Below are positions 49,256-59,104 of a stretch of 64,000 bases of DNA, piece after piece. A program made the translations under genes and the position numbers. Position 1 is the stretch's first letter; each line of letters opens with the position of its first letter. The notes below the pieces were generated by a model. It saw only the letters and a program-made list of their open reading frames with translations. It made no database searches and was not told the origin of the DNA. Source of the stretch: Nitrososphaerota archaeon (GTDB lineage Archaea > Thermoproteota > Nitrososphaeria > Nitrososphaerales > Nitrosopumilaceae); assembly GCA_028867755.1 (NCBI GenBank), contig JAGWFT010000001.1, positions 1,172,149-1,236,148 of the forward strand. The letters run 5' to 3'.

Positions 49256-49757
49256 AAAGATGGACAGACATACACAGATAATTGAAGTTGTTGAAAAAAA
49301 TCCAGGCATAAAGTTTCGTGAGATAATGCGAGAGACAGGAATGAAAAATGGTGTTCTTGGATACTATGCAAGTAAGCTAGAAAAAGATGGTTCTGTAAAA
49401 GTGGAGCGAAGTCCTGGTCAGACTAGGTTTTATCCCCCAGGAGTACCAGGCAATGAAATTCTCCTGATAAAGAACCTTAGACAAGAGACACCTAGGCAGA
49501 TCCTATCATCTTTATTGCAACATGAAATGTTGTCATTTAGCGAGTTAGTTGAGAAGACGCAAAAATCACCTGCTACAGTTTCCCTTTACTTGTCTCAGAT
49601 AACAAAGGACGGTATAGTTGAGTGTAAACTTGTCGACACCAAGAAAAAATATTTTGTCAAGTATATAGAAACACTACGAAAGATTATCGATAAATATCAC
49701 CCAAGTTTGATTGAGAGCTCAGCGGATCGTTTTGCAGATACTTTCTCATCACTTTGA
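49236..49757 (+). CDS. Tandem winged-helix transcriptional regulator (ArsR-like)
   Basis: NPGIKFREIMRETG...LGYYASKLE and SFSELVEKTQKSPATVSLYLSQI. Confidence 0.85.
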   Translation: MCLGEIEKMDRHTQIIEVVEKNPGIKFREIMRETGMKNGVLGYYASKLEKDGSVKVERSPGQTRFYPPGVPGNEILLIKNLRQETPRQILSSLLQHEMLSFSELVEKTQKSPATVSLYLSQITKDGIVECKLVDTKKKYFVKYIETLRKIIDKYHPSLIESSADRFADTFSSL

Positions 49758-49870
49758 AAATATCACAAATATTATTTTTACAACACCCAAGTTAAAAGAC
49801 AGCCATGCAAGAATTAAGATGAGAGTTTATTTAGAGTTAGATAAATGCATACGATAAGGTAGGATATGTT

Positions 49871-51289
49871 ATGAAAGCAATATATTTTCTAGTTATTTTC
49901 ATTTTTGCTATTTCATTTTTTCTTGTTTCAAAAGCACATGGGGATGGGTTAGCTAGTGAGATTCTTCCGCCTTCCCTGATAGGAAAGATAAATGTCACGT
50001 TATCTATTGGCTCTACACCATTTTTAATTGATAACAACCATGCTGGTACTCAGTTAAATCTAGTCTTGATGGACGCATCAACCCAGCAACCAATACCCGA
50101 TGCCACACTTGCGGTTTCTGCATTCAAGGGTCAAGATGCAGTCTTTGGACATATATTCAAAAGCGATAGTGGAAATTTTGTTTTAAGTTTCTATCCACAG
50201 CAGTCTGGAAATACAACATTTGATGAACAAGGCGGAGTTATCTCAGGATTATTTGGTCAAGATAGCGGAAATTATGATGTAAAAGGCCCAGTCTTCAACT
50301 CTGGCGGATTGTATAGATTCAAAATTGAGGTCATCACAATGGGAGCATATGATAACCAAGTCAGTAAATCATACAATGCTGGCATATCCATACCTGAATA
50401 TGACAACCTTACAATTAACGATCCTACCTACGGCACTCAGCGAATGCAAATAATAGCATACTATGATCAGCTGCACAACATCACATATGATCCGGTTAAG
50501 AAATTTGTTAACTTTACAATGCCGTTTGATTGGTCAGTGCAGAACATAAGTCAGCTAACAGTAGTACACCAAGAGATTAGAATTCCAAGAACATTAGGAG
50601 ATTTTGTAGTAACAAAATATGATGCCTATGCCAACAACATCAAGATACCTGACAAGTTGATATCAATAGATGATTACTCGATGGATGCATATAGGATCGT
50701 ACACATTATTTTGTACAAACCAGACGTAGAAAATCTCTTTTCGGAACAAAAAGATCCTAGCCAAGAAATGACTTTTGCAATGAAACCAAGCAATGAAGAT
50801 AATTTTCCAATAGTTCAGTTTACTAGAAATGCACAGTATAAGATAGCATTAAGCTGGGACCCGCCGAAGATCGCATCAGGGTCTACTACGCAGTTCAATT
50901 TTAAGATCCTTGATCCATACACCATGAATAAGACAGTTAGCCCAATTTCTTATGACTTTTCAGTCCTTGAAGGAAAAAATGGGGTGATATATCACCAAGT
51001 AGGAAGGACTAGCGGTTCAGATAGTGGAGATAACATCAATGTCGCATTTCCATCCAATTATACAGGTGCAATTACAGTAGCATTTGAAAATCTAAATGGA
51101 AGTAGCTTTTCAGCCACAGAATTTCCATCAACAGTCAATAGCCCATCTATGATTATCAATCAAACTGCTGCCATTAATCAGACAACAGTGCCAGAATTCC
51201 CACTTGCCGCAATTGTTACGCTTGCTGCGGTATTTGGATTATCAATATCGCTTTCAAAGATGAATTTATTCAGATTAAAGCAGGCTTGA
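49871..51289 (+). CDS. Surface protein with PEF(G)-CTERM anchor
   Basis: Signal peptide (AHG|DG), beta-rich domains, VPEFP plus TM plus basic tail. Confidence 0.85.
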   Translation: MKAIYFLVIFIFAISFFLVSKAHGDGLASEILPPSLIGKINVTLSIGSTPFLIDNNHAGTQLNLVLMDASTQQPIPDATLAVSAFKGQDAVFGHIFKSDSGNFVLSFYPQQSGNTTFDEQGGVISGLFGQDSGNYDVKGPVFNSGGLYRFKIEVITMGAYDNQVSKSYNAGISIPEYDNLTINDPTYGTQRMQIIAYYDQLHNITYDPVKKFVNFTMPFDWSVQNISQLTVVHQEIRIPRTLGDFVVTKYDAYANNIKIPDKLISIDDYSMDAYRIVHIILYKPDVENLFSEQKDPSQEMTFAMKPSNEDNFPIVQFTRNAQYKIALSWDPPKIASGSTTQFNFKILDPYTMNKTVSPISYDFSVLEGKNGVIYHQVGRTSGSDSGDNINVAFPSNYTGAITVAFENLNGSSFSATEFPSTVNSPSMIINQTAAINQTTVPEFPLAAIVTLAAVFGLSISLSKMNLFRLKQA

Positions 51290-52237
51290 TTATCCTTTCA
51301 TGCCATATCCAACCAAGACAGAATAGCACCCAAGACCGCAGTCTTCGCAGATAGGTTTCATAGATTTATCCTCAGCACTACCAATACAGCAAGGTTTCTT
51401 TTCGCGTCCCATATGATCTACTGAGAGTATTGCCCATGTAGGACAGTCTACTGGAGTTGTGCCTTTTCCTCCCCAGTTTTTTTTCATCAGCTCAAGCTGG
51501 CTGTCCGGATTTATGATATAATCAGGATACTTGGCCCTCATTGCAATTATCTCGTCTACAACACGAGTTCTTTCTTCGCCAAATGGGAACCATAAAGGAT
51601 CATTTTTCATAAAAGGAGTATGAAATTGAAATCCAATTTTATTTGAATAGTCTTTCCATTCTTCAATGACATTTTTTACAGTCTTGTAGTTTAACGAATT
51701 TATGGTCATGGTGATCCAAATGTCCTTATAGGCTAATTTGCCATTTTTTTCTACATAATCAATGGCATTTTTTCTTGTTTTATCCCATGCCCCGTTGCCA
51801 CGAATCTTGTCATGAATATCTTTTGTTCCGTCTATTGATATCCAGTAGAAATAGAGATTCTCATATCGCTTGAGAGGAAATGTTCCGTTGGTTACTATAC
51901 ATATTCGCTTTGGAAATTCTTTTACGAATAATTCAATTACGTCTGGTCTCATAGTTGGCTCTCCGCCAACAAGTGTTATTATGAAAACATGGTTTTTCTT
52001 AAATTTCTCGTCAATTACTTTCTTCCATTGTTCTACGGTTAGCTCTTCGTTTTCTTTTCTGTTAAGCCACCAATAACAATGCTCACAGTGAAGATTACAC
52101 ACATTGATTATATCTGCAGAACCGTACACCGGGCTGCGTTTGTTGAACAATCGATATGCCGCAAATTTACTGAATATGTGTACATAACTTGGAATCTCTT
52201 GAATTATTTGCTTGGCTCCTCTTCCCATTATCTCCAT
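51290..52237 (-). CDS. Radical SAM/SPASM-twitch protein (PTO1314-like family)
   Basis: CNLHCEHC, GGEP, TNGT, ISIDG; C-terminal CP..., CC, CEDC cysteines. Confidence 0.85.
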   Translation of the reverse strand: MEIMGRGAKQIIQEIPSYVHIFSKFAAYRLFNKRSPVYGSADIINVCNLHCEHCYWWLNRKENEELTVEQWKKVIDEKFKKNHVFIITLVGGEPTMRPDVIELFVKEFPKRICIVTNGTFPLKRYENLYFYWISIDGTKDIHDKIRGNGAWDKTRKNAIDYVEKNGKLAYKDIWITMTINSLNYKTVKNVIEEWKDYSNKIGFQFHTPFMKNDPLWFPFGEERTRVVDEIIAMRAKYPDYIINPDSQLELMKKNWGGKGTTPVDCPTWAILSVDHMGREKKPCCIGSAEDKSMKPICEDCGLGCYSVLVGYGMKG

Positions 52238-52342
52238 TATATTCTAGGTATGCCATCGCACCTTATAAGATGTTTTTATTCTTTAATTGCTCATAGTGGA
52301 AATCTTGTGATGGCAGTATTTACCGGGTCTGCACATACAAAT

Positions 52343-52573
52343 TTAGTTAGAACATATCAAGGTAGTAGTACATTTGATTTTGTCAATATTACGAATCTTT
52401 GTCGTTATAGTTTGTTTAATCTCATCTACTTTTGTAGATTGGATTTTTACAAGTACATCATAGTTACCAAACACACCCATGATTTCCTTGACACATTCTA
52501 TTGGCTTGAGATTTTCTATAACTGCCCCCTCTGACCCCATCTCACAGTTGATCATCACATAGGCCGTTTCCAA
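52343..52573 (-). CDS. Stand-alone Lrp/AsnC ligand-binding domain protein
   Basis: AYVMINC...GNYDVLVKI...IRNIDKI. Confidence 0.88.
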   Translation of the reverse strand: METAYVMINCEMGSEGAVIENLKPIECVKEIMGVFGNYDVLVKIQSTKVDEIKQTITTKIRNIDKIKCTTTLICSN

Positions 52574-52653
52574 CCTGTAATATTACGTGATTATAGTATA
52601 TGAGATTTACATCAAAGAGTCTTAAGATCTGTAAAATAAAAAAAAGTTAGGAG

Positions 52654-53448
52654 TTACTGTACTCCAATTAAGAAAACGACATTGACCGTTGTTGTTACAT
52701 CTTGGTTTGATGCAAATACTGGTGTCTTTACCATAGGTTCTGCCATTGCCATTCCACTATAAACTGGAAGAGGTGGTGGCATGGTAAATTCAGATAGATC
52801 TACTGATTTTACACCAATTATTTTCTGGCCAAGAGGATCTAGTGCTTTTTCTGCCCTTGACTGTGAATTCAAAATAGCATTATTTAGCAGATTGTCCTGT
52901 ATGCTTTTTTGTTTAGCAGGGGAAAGTGAGAACGATACGCTATCCACTCGGTTTGCTCCTGCTCCAACTGCAGTATCAAGTATGCTTCCAGCAAGGTCTA
53001 GTTTGGTTGTTTTAATTAGCAATGTGTTAGAAACTTTGTATCCAACAAGCTCATTCTTGTAGCTATTATATGGTGGGTACGGTCCAGTTTGATTATAAAC
53101 AGGATCTATCGTAAATCCCGCCGTACTGATTTCATTTTGTGTGATGCCAAGGCTTTGAATTGCGGTAGCTGTGGCGTTCATAGCTTGAGCGTTTTGAGTC
53201 ATTGCATCATGAGCAGTTGTTGCTTGTGTGTCAACACCTAGCTGCAGACTAACAAGATCTGGGGAAATTGATGCCGTGGCAGATCCAGTGACAGATATAG
53301 TATTTTCTTGTGGCGGGGAATAATACATAACTTGTTGTGCATATGCTTGATTGCTAGAATTTTGCATGCTAACAATAACAGTTGCCGATACAATCACAAT
53401 TGCTGCAATTGTTGCTAGAATTATTTTGGTTCTAGTTGTCATTAACAT
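52654..53448 (-). CDS. SIMPL (DUF541) domain protein
   Basis: TISVTGSATASISPD, GYKVSN, GANRVDSVSF, VTTTVNVVF motifs. Confidence 0.92.
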   Translation of the reverse strand: MLMTTRTKIILATIAAIVIVSATVIVSMQNSSNQAYAQQVMYYSPPQENTISVTGSATASISPDLVSLQLGVDTQATTAHDAMTQNAQAMNATATAIQSLGITQNEISTAGFTIDPVYNQTGPYPPYNSYKNELVGYKVSNTLLIKTTKLDLAGSILDTAVGAGANRVDSVSFSLSPAKQKSIQDNLLNNAILNSQSRAEKALDPLGQKIIGVKSVDLSEFTMPPPLPVYSGMAMAEPMVKTPVFASNQDVTTTVNVVFLIGVQ

Positions 53449-53577
53449 TGTAATAACTAGTATAGCTTATAGGCTTTGATTAAATTTCATTTTAACTCAA
53501 TTTTTTATAAAAAATCTATCAAACTATCGTACATTTGAAATTTTTGTTTTATATTTGATACAGAAAAAATTAAACAT

Positions 53578-54360
53578 TTATTGTTTTAATTTTTTATTTT
53601 TTGATTTTCTAGCTAATCTCATTCCAAAAAATACTGCACAGAATATAATAGCACCTCCTAAGAGTGCAAACATTATCATCAATTGATCACCAGAAAGGAT
53701 AAGTGATTCAGATGGTTGCGATGTTGTTGTAATTGATGGTGCAGCTTTGAGTGCAGCATGCATGGGTGCAGCTGCTTGCATAGTAGTATTTGCAGTTTCA
53801 GGAACATATGATGATTCTAGGGTAGCGGCCTGGTTTTTTTCTATCAGGTAGATTCCTGATGCCCCTACAACAAAGGCAGATATGCTTGCCATATAGTGTC
53901 GCAGTTTCATCAGTACACTTTCCTTCTTTGAAATAGACACTCCATTGTTAGAGGAACTCTCCGGTGGTATAATCACAAGTGCAGTCTTAACCGGCCCATA
54001 GTATTTCATCTGTTTATTTTTTTGGCTCATCTCGATTTTTTCTACTTTGATGAGGCTCACGCTCAAAAGCCGATTTATGTGCCAGTTGATAAGAGGTAGT
54101 GAAACATCCAATGCTTTTGCCAGTTCATTTGAGCTTGTGATGCCTTGAGATATTTTACTAAAGATTGCTCTGCCTGTGTCATTTGCTAGTTCTTCTCCGA
54201 TTATCTTGATTCGTTCATCTTCAGTACTAATTACTTCAATATACTCTTCAGGTTGTACCGATGGATCTGGCTCTTTATCAGTATCGCTAGGCATCGTTTC
54301 TTCTTCTTTGATCCCTTTAAAATTTCTTGATGATTGAGGCTGATTAATTATGCCAAACAT
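53578..54360 (-). CDS. Membrane-anchored ArsR-type winged-helix regulator
   Basis: N-terminal wHTH (ELAKALDVSLPLINWHINRL) and two C-terminal TM segments. Confidence 0.8.
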   Translation of the reverse strand: MFGIINQPQSSRNFKGIKEEETMPSDTDKEPDPSVQPEEYIEVISTEDERIKIIGEELANDTGRAIFSKISQGITSSNELAKALDVSLPLINWHINRLLSVSLIKVEKIEMSQKNKQMKYYGPVKTALVIIPPESSSNNGVSISKKESVLMKLRHYMASISAFVVGASGIYLIEKNQAATLESSYVPETANTTMQAAAPMHAALKAAPSITTTSQPSESLILSGDQLMIMFALLGGAIIFCAVFFGMRLARKSKNKKLKQ

Positions 54361-54486
54361 CTATTGATGCGATCATCATGGAATGGTGGCAGATGCAGTC
54401 ATGATCTCAGATTGTTTCCAACTTGGAATCAAAAAACAAGGCAATTTTCCATGTTTTTTTAGTATCAGATAAGATAAGAACAGAGT

Positions 54487-54777
54487 GTGGCCAGTAATTA
54501 TGAGCAAACTGAAAAGATACTAGTTGGACTGGCCATTGAACATACCCTTCTGCAGATAGGCAAACCAATGTTCGATAGAGTTGAAAGCCAGTTTCGTGAA
54601 AAATACCAGTGTTCCATAATAGACTGTTATGACTATCCACAATATCTAAATGAGATCTTGAGGAATGTTTTTGGTAAAGCATATCCAGAGGTAATCAAGT
54701 CTATTGAAGAGTTTCTAAAAGAATTCAGATATGAGCAAGCTATAGATGCGTTCTTAAAAAAGATAAACCCGCAATAA
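54487..54777 (+). CDS. Small helical hypothetical protein (thaumarchaeal output-domain-like)
   Basis: 96-aa ORF; CYDYPQYLNEILRNVFG. Confidence 0.7.
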   Translation: MASNYEQTEKILVGLAIEHTLLQIGKPMFDRVESQFREKYQCSIIDCYDYPQYLNEILRNVFGKAYPEVIKSIEEFLKEFRYEQAIDAFLKKINPQ

Positions 54778-54823
54778 CATTCCAAAAATCTAACATCTTC
54801 AAACAAAAAGTTTCAGAATAATT

Positions 54824-54979
54824 TTACCCATCAGAAATGCTCAGTTTTTCTTCTTTATCCACTTTTAGTATTTTCTCAGTCGGGATATCTTTATGATCCT
54901 TGCCTAGATGCACAGTATATTCAAGAAGACTAGTAAACTTTTGTTTGCAGATTGGACAGTCCTTCTCAAATCCAGCCAT
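54824..54979 (-). CDS. C2H2 zinc-finger microprotein (51 aa, missed by ORF track)
   Basis: Manual translation MAGFEKDCPICKQKFTSLLEYTVHLGKDHKD...: C-x2-C-x3-F-x8-H-x4-H. Confidence 0.85.
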   Translation of the reverse strand: MAGFEKDCPICKQKFTSLLEYTVHLGKDHKDIPTEKILKVDKEEKLSISDG

Positions 54980-55033
54980 TTGCAACTTGAAATTAGAAAA
55001 TTTTCTATTTTAATGTATGCCAGATTATCACGC

Positions 55034-55648
55034 TTAGGATTTTCTAAACTTTCCTTCCATAACAATTTCATCAAGCGGTTTTCGACCACTTGGGATCTCG
55101 CGTTGTTGGAGTTCGGCTGAAAGTTTTTCTTTTGGGGCCTTTTTTCCAATCGCTATCATGGCTGCCACTTCATATTCATCTGGCACTTCAAGGTCTTTTT
55201 TGGCCTTGTCATAATCAAATCCCTGCATTGCATGCGTGGAAAACCCTTGCGATGTAGCTTGTATTGCAAGATTTTCCCAGGCAGAACCTGTATCGAATTG
55301 GTGTGTAATCGATGGTTTGTTATTATATTCAAAGGTCGTCCTTGATACAACTACCACCAGTACAGATGCATTAGAACACCATTGCTTGTTAGCATCCACA
55401 AGCAAATTAAACAGTAGATTCCAATTCTTTGAGTTACGTTTTGCATAGATAAATCGCCATGGTTGATTGTTAAATGATGAGGGAGCCCATCGAGCTGCTT
55501 CAAAGAGTGAAAAAAGATCTGTATCACTCATCTCTTCACCGCTAAATGAACGAGGAGACCATCTGTTTAGTATGTTATGATCAACTTTGTATGATATCTT
55601 TCTTATCTTTTGAATATCTGGATCTATCATATCATTAATTATTTCCAT
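55034..55648 (-). CDS. Nitroreductase family protein
   Basis: RWSPRSF, ARWAPSSFNNQPWRF, HAMQGFD motifs. Confidence 0.92.
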   Translation of the reverse strand: MEIINDMIDPDIQKIRKISYKVDHNILNRWSPRSFSGEEMSDTDLFSLFEAARWAPSSFNNQPWRFIYAKRNSKNWNLLFNLLVDANKQWCSNASVLVVVVSRTTFEYNNKPSITHQFDTGSAWENLAIQATSQGFSTHAMQGFDYDKAKKDLEVPDEYEVAAMIAIGKKAPKEKLSAELQQREIPSGRKPLDEIVMEGKFRKS

Positions 55649-55685
55649 TCATACTTAAAGATAATAAAAAAATGTCGTGAAAACA

Positions 55686-56864
55686 TCATTTCAGACGTAG
55701 TTTTGAAACTGCTTTGATTATGTTTTTCTGTATTCTCTTATCGTATGTGTCAGGTATGATGTTATCATAATGAAGTTCTTTATCTGATACAGTTTTTGCT
55801 ATTGCCTTTGCTGTAGCAAGAAGTAACTTTAGTGTGATCTTGTTGATTTTTTTATCCAATATGGCTCTCATAAGATGCGGAAATACCAATGCGTTATTGA
55901 CCTTATTTGGATACAGATAACTTCCAGTTGCTATAATTTTTGCACCAGATGCTTTTGCAATCTCAGGTTTTATTTCAGGATCAGGATTTGTAAGTGCAAA
56001 AATTATTGGATCACGATTCATCTCTTTTATCATTGTAGAAGTTATCAAGTTTTTCTTTCCTGATACTCCAATGAAGACATCGGCATTTTTCAGTGCGTCA
56101 TATAGCAGGCCTTTTTCTCGTTTTGGGTTTGTCATACTTCCGAGTTCTTTTTTGTATTTGTTCATGTTTTCAGGTCTTCCCTTGTAAATCATACCATCAG
56201 AATCTGTGACAAGTATATTTTTACAGCCAGCCGCGACAAGTAATTTACATATGCCATAGCCAGCAGATCCAGCTCCTGCAACTACGATTCTTACTGTAGG
56301 TAGTTGTTTTTTTGTAAGTTTTAATGAATTAAGCAATGCCGATAATACTACCACCGAGGTACCATGCCTGTCATCATGAAAGATTGGGATTGGTAGTGAT
56401 TTTTCTAGCTCGTCTGATATTTCCATTACTTTTGGAGATTCAATATCTTCCAAATTTATGGCGCCAAACATTGGCTCTATTGCCTTAATTGTAGCAATGA
56501 TTTCTTCTTTCTTTGTAGTGTTAACGCAAACTGGAAATGCGCTTATGCCTCCAAATTCTCGGTACAATACAGCCTTTCCTTCCATGACTGGTATTGCCGC
56601 ATATGGTCCTATGTTTCCAAGTCCGAGTATTCTTGTGCCGTCAGTCACTATAGCTACATTATTTCCTTTAGATGTTAACTCATATTTTTTTTCTTGGTTA
56701 CGATAGATTTCTTCGCATACTGCTGCAACCCCTGGAGTATAGATCAATTTTATTTCGTTAGATCTTAGATTCTTAATCTTTCCTGTGACAATTATCTTGC
56801 CTTTTAATTTCTTGTGTAATAATAATGCCTTCCTTGAGTTTTTATCAAAAGCCATATTGATCAT
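55686..56864 (-). CDS. NAD(P)-dependent malic enzyme
   Basis: YTPGVA, VTDGTRILGLG, MEGKA, INLEDI, FHDDRHGT, GAGSAG, NPDPEI motifs. Confidence 0.93.
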   Translation of the reverse strand: MINMAFDKNSRKALLLHKKLKGKIIVTGKIKNLRSNEIKLIYTPGVAAVCEEIYRNQEKKYELTSKGNNVAIVTDGTRILGLGNIGPYAAIPVMEGKAVLYREFGGISAFPVCVNTTKKEEIIATIKAIEPMFGAINLEDIESPKVMEISDELEKSLPIPIFHDDRHGTSVVVLSALLNSLKLTKKQLPTVRIVVAGAGSAGYGICKLLVAAGCKNILVTDSDGMIYKGRPENMNKYKKELGSMTNPKREKGLLYDALKNADVFIGVSGKKNLITSTMIKEMNRDPIIFALTNPDPEIKPEIAKASGAKIIATGSYLYPNKVNNALVFPHLMRAILDKKINKITLKLLLATAKAIAKTVSDKELHYDNIIPDTYDKRIQKNIIKAVSKLRLK

Positions 56865-56911
56865 CCTAAAAGAGTATTATCCTTTTAATCATTTTCAAAC
56901 AATAGTTACAA

Positions 56912-57472
56912 TTATACTCTGTCGTCAGTATGTGCATATTTTTTATCAAGCCTGTAGATTATCGTGTTCTCAGTTAAATCAAATCTTATGTTACAGCCAA
57001 GTTCTTTGAATGCAGACTGGTAAAAATCCCTAAAGTGTTTTGACCATTTAATTCCCATATCATGTCTCATTATGAATTTGACTTCATTTTTATCTTCGAG
57101 CTGAGTAAAACTAAAACCTGCAGCTTTTGCCCTTCCACGCAAAACAGATATCCATTCCCAGACATCATACTTGCCTTTCATTGCAAATAGCATGTCTTTT
57201 GAAACAACTCTTCCTTTTTCCTCTGCAATACTTTGTATTGTTTTTTCGTCGAGTTTATCAAACCACGCCATGAGAAGCACTTTTGACACTGGTACCCATC
57301 CAGATTTTGACGCTACAATATCCCAGTCCACTGCGTGTGCAAGAAGTTGGTTTACCAATGCATTAAGAGTGATTCTCTCAAACGCAGCATGAGATTTGAT
57401 CTTGTCTAGAACTGTCTTATCTATCCTAAATGTTACTGTCTTGTTTTTCTCTGCGGTTGATTCATCGTCCAT
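56912..57472 (-). CDS. Ribbon-helix-helix DNA-binding protein with C-terminal ligand-binding-like domain
   Basis: TVTFRIDKTVLDKIK...LNALVNQLL RHH pattern. Confidence 0.7.
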   Translation of the reverse strand: MDDESTAEKNKTVTFRIDKTVLDKIKSHAAFERITLNALVNQLLAHAVDWDIVASKSGWVPVSKVLLMAWFDKLDEKTIQSIAEEKGRVVSKDMLFAMKGKYDVWEWISVLRGRAKAAGFSFTQLEDKNEVKFIMRHDMGIKWSKHFRDFYQSAFKELGCNIRFDLTENTIIYRLDKKYAHTDDRV

Positions 57473-57607
57473 TACACAGTTTTTAGCTACGCACTGATTA
57501 ATATTGCTTAAGAGAGTTCATTTGCACTCATTTGCAACATATCAAAATATACGACTATGCAGATTACACTGTAAGAAATACCTCATAGTGAAACAAAATC
57601 TTACAGA

Positions 57608-58993
57608 TCATTCAACGTAATGTTTCACTATCAACTGATCATAAAATCTAACTGACTTTATGTTAACAAACTCTAGCATGCCATACCTTGATAGTTCTCT
57701 TCCAAAACCACTTTGTTTTACTCCGCCAAAAGGAACCCGAGGATCAGATACAACAACGTTGTTTACCGTGACAATTCCAGACTCTACGAGTCTGGATAGT
57801 TTGTCAGCCTTGTCCAGATTCTGGGTCCAAATACTTCCCCCAAGACCATATTGTGATTCATTAGCAAGATGTATTGCTTCCACCTCATCTTCCACAATTG
57901 TTACTGGTGCAACAGGTCCAAATGCCTCTTCTTGGGCTATGCGCATCTTTGGTGTGATGCTACCAAGTATTGTCGGACTGTAAAAGTACCCCTTACCGTT
58001 GAGCCTCTTGCCTCCAGTTAGCACTTCGGCTCCCTTTTCTACGGCATCCTTTACAAGATCCTCTATTTTTTCAAGACCTGCCAAATTTACTAGAGGCCCC
58101 ATGTCAGTGTCTTCAGAAGTTGGATCACCCACACGAAGCTTTTCGGTTTTTTGGACAAATTTTTCAATAAATTCTTTGGCAAGGTTTCTTGTAACAAAGA
58201 ATCTTTTAGATGCAATACAGCTTTGTCCACAGTTGATAAAGCGACCTTTAACCGCACCTGCCGATGCTTTTTCAGCATCTGCATCTGAACACACTATAAA
58301 AGGATCGCTACCACCAAGCTCTAGGACGCATTTTTTTATTTTAGAAGTTGCACGTTGTGCAACTTTTGAGCCTGCCATATTGCTACCGGTAAATGTTACA
58401 GCATTAACAGAGTCTACAAGTTGTTCAGCCATGGTAGAGTCAGCAATTGCAGTTTGGAAAACTCCGTCAGGCAGACCTGCTTTTTTGAACATGTTTTCAA
58501 TCTCTATTCCACACTGCATTGTTGCGCTTGCTGGCTTTAGAACAATAGTGTTTCCTGCCATCAACGATGGAGCTGCAAATCTCAGAGCCTGCCAATATGG
58601 AAAGTTCCATGGCATTATGCTTCCAATTACTCCAATTGGCTCAAACGCTATGAAGCTCTTTCTGGCATCGGTGTTTATGGATTCATCATGAAGAAAGGTT
58701 CCTCCATTATCTGCATAAAACTCCATAACCCAAGCGCATTTTTCAACTTCAGACAACGCTTCCTTGATAGTCTTTCCCATCTCTTTAGTGGCAATAGATG
58801 CCAGTTGTTGCTTGTTCTTTCGCAAAACATCAGCAAGGATATTGATAAAATCAGATCTTCTTTTAATATCGACTTTCCAATCAGAGAAAGCCTTTTTTGA
58901 CTTTACTATTTTTTTATCCAGTTCTTCTTTTGTAATCACTTCATATTGTGCCAGAACTTCCTCTGTTGCAGGATTAACTGTCTTAATTATCAT
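57608..58993 (-). CDS. NAD(P)-dependent aldehyde dehydrogenase (succinate-semialdehyde dehydrogenase-like)
   Basis: PWNFP, FTGS, LELGGSDPF, catalytic Cys in GQSCIA, EEAFGP, GGVKQSGFGRE. Confidence 0.9.
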   Translation of the reverse strand: MIIKTVNPATEEVLAQYEVITKEELDKKIVKSKKAFSDWKVDIKRRSDFINILADVLRKNKQQLASIATKEMGKTIKEALSEVEKCAWVMEFYADNGGTFLHDESINTDARKSFIAFEPIGVIGSIMPWNFPYWQALRFAAPSLMAGNTIVLKPASATMQCGIEIENMFKKAGLPDGVFQTAIADSTMAEQLVDSVNAVTFTGSNMAGSKVAQRATSKIKKCVLELGGSDPFIVCSDADAEKASAGAVKGRFINCGQSCIASKRFFVTRNLAKEFIEKFVQKTEKLRVGDPTSEDTDMGPLVNLAGLEKIEDLVKDAVEKGAEVLTGGKRLNGKGYFYSPTILGSITPKMRIAQEEAFGPVAPVTIVEDEVEAIHLANESQYGLGGSIWTQNLDKADKLSRLVESGIVTVNNVVVSDPRVPFGGVKQSGFGRELSRYGMLEFVNIKSVRFYDQLIVKHYVE

Positions 58994-59104
58994 ATATCTG
59001 GGTAAGATGAGACGTTGTATATAATCTTCCGACTATTTAGGGTTGCAAATGATTAATTTGCAATTTCAAAGCTTTTAATATTTTAAACAAGAAAGAGCAT
59101 ACAG

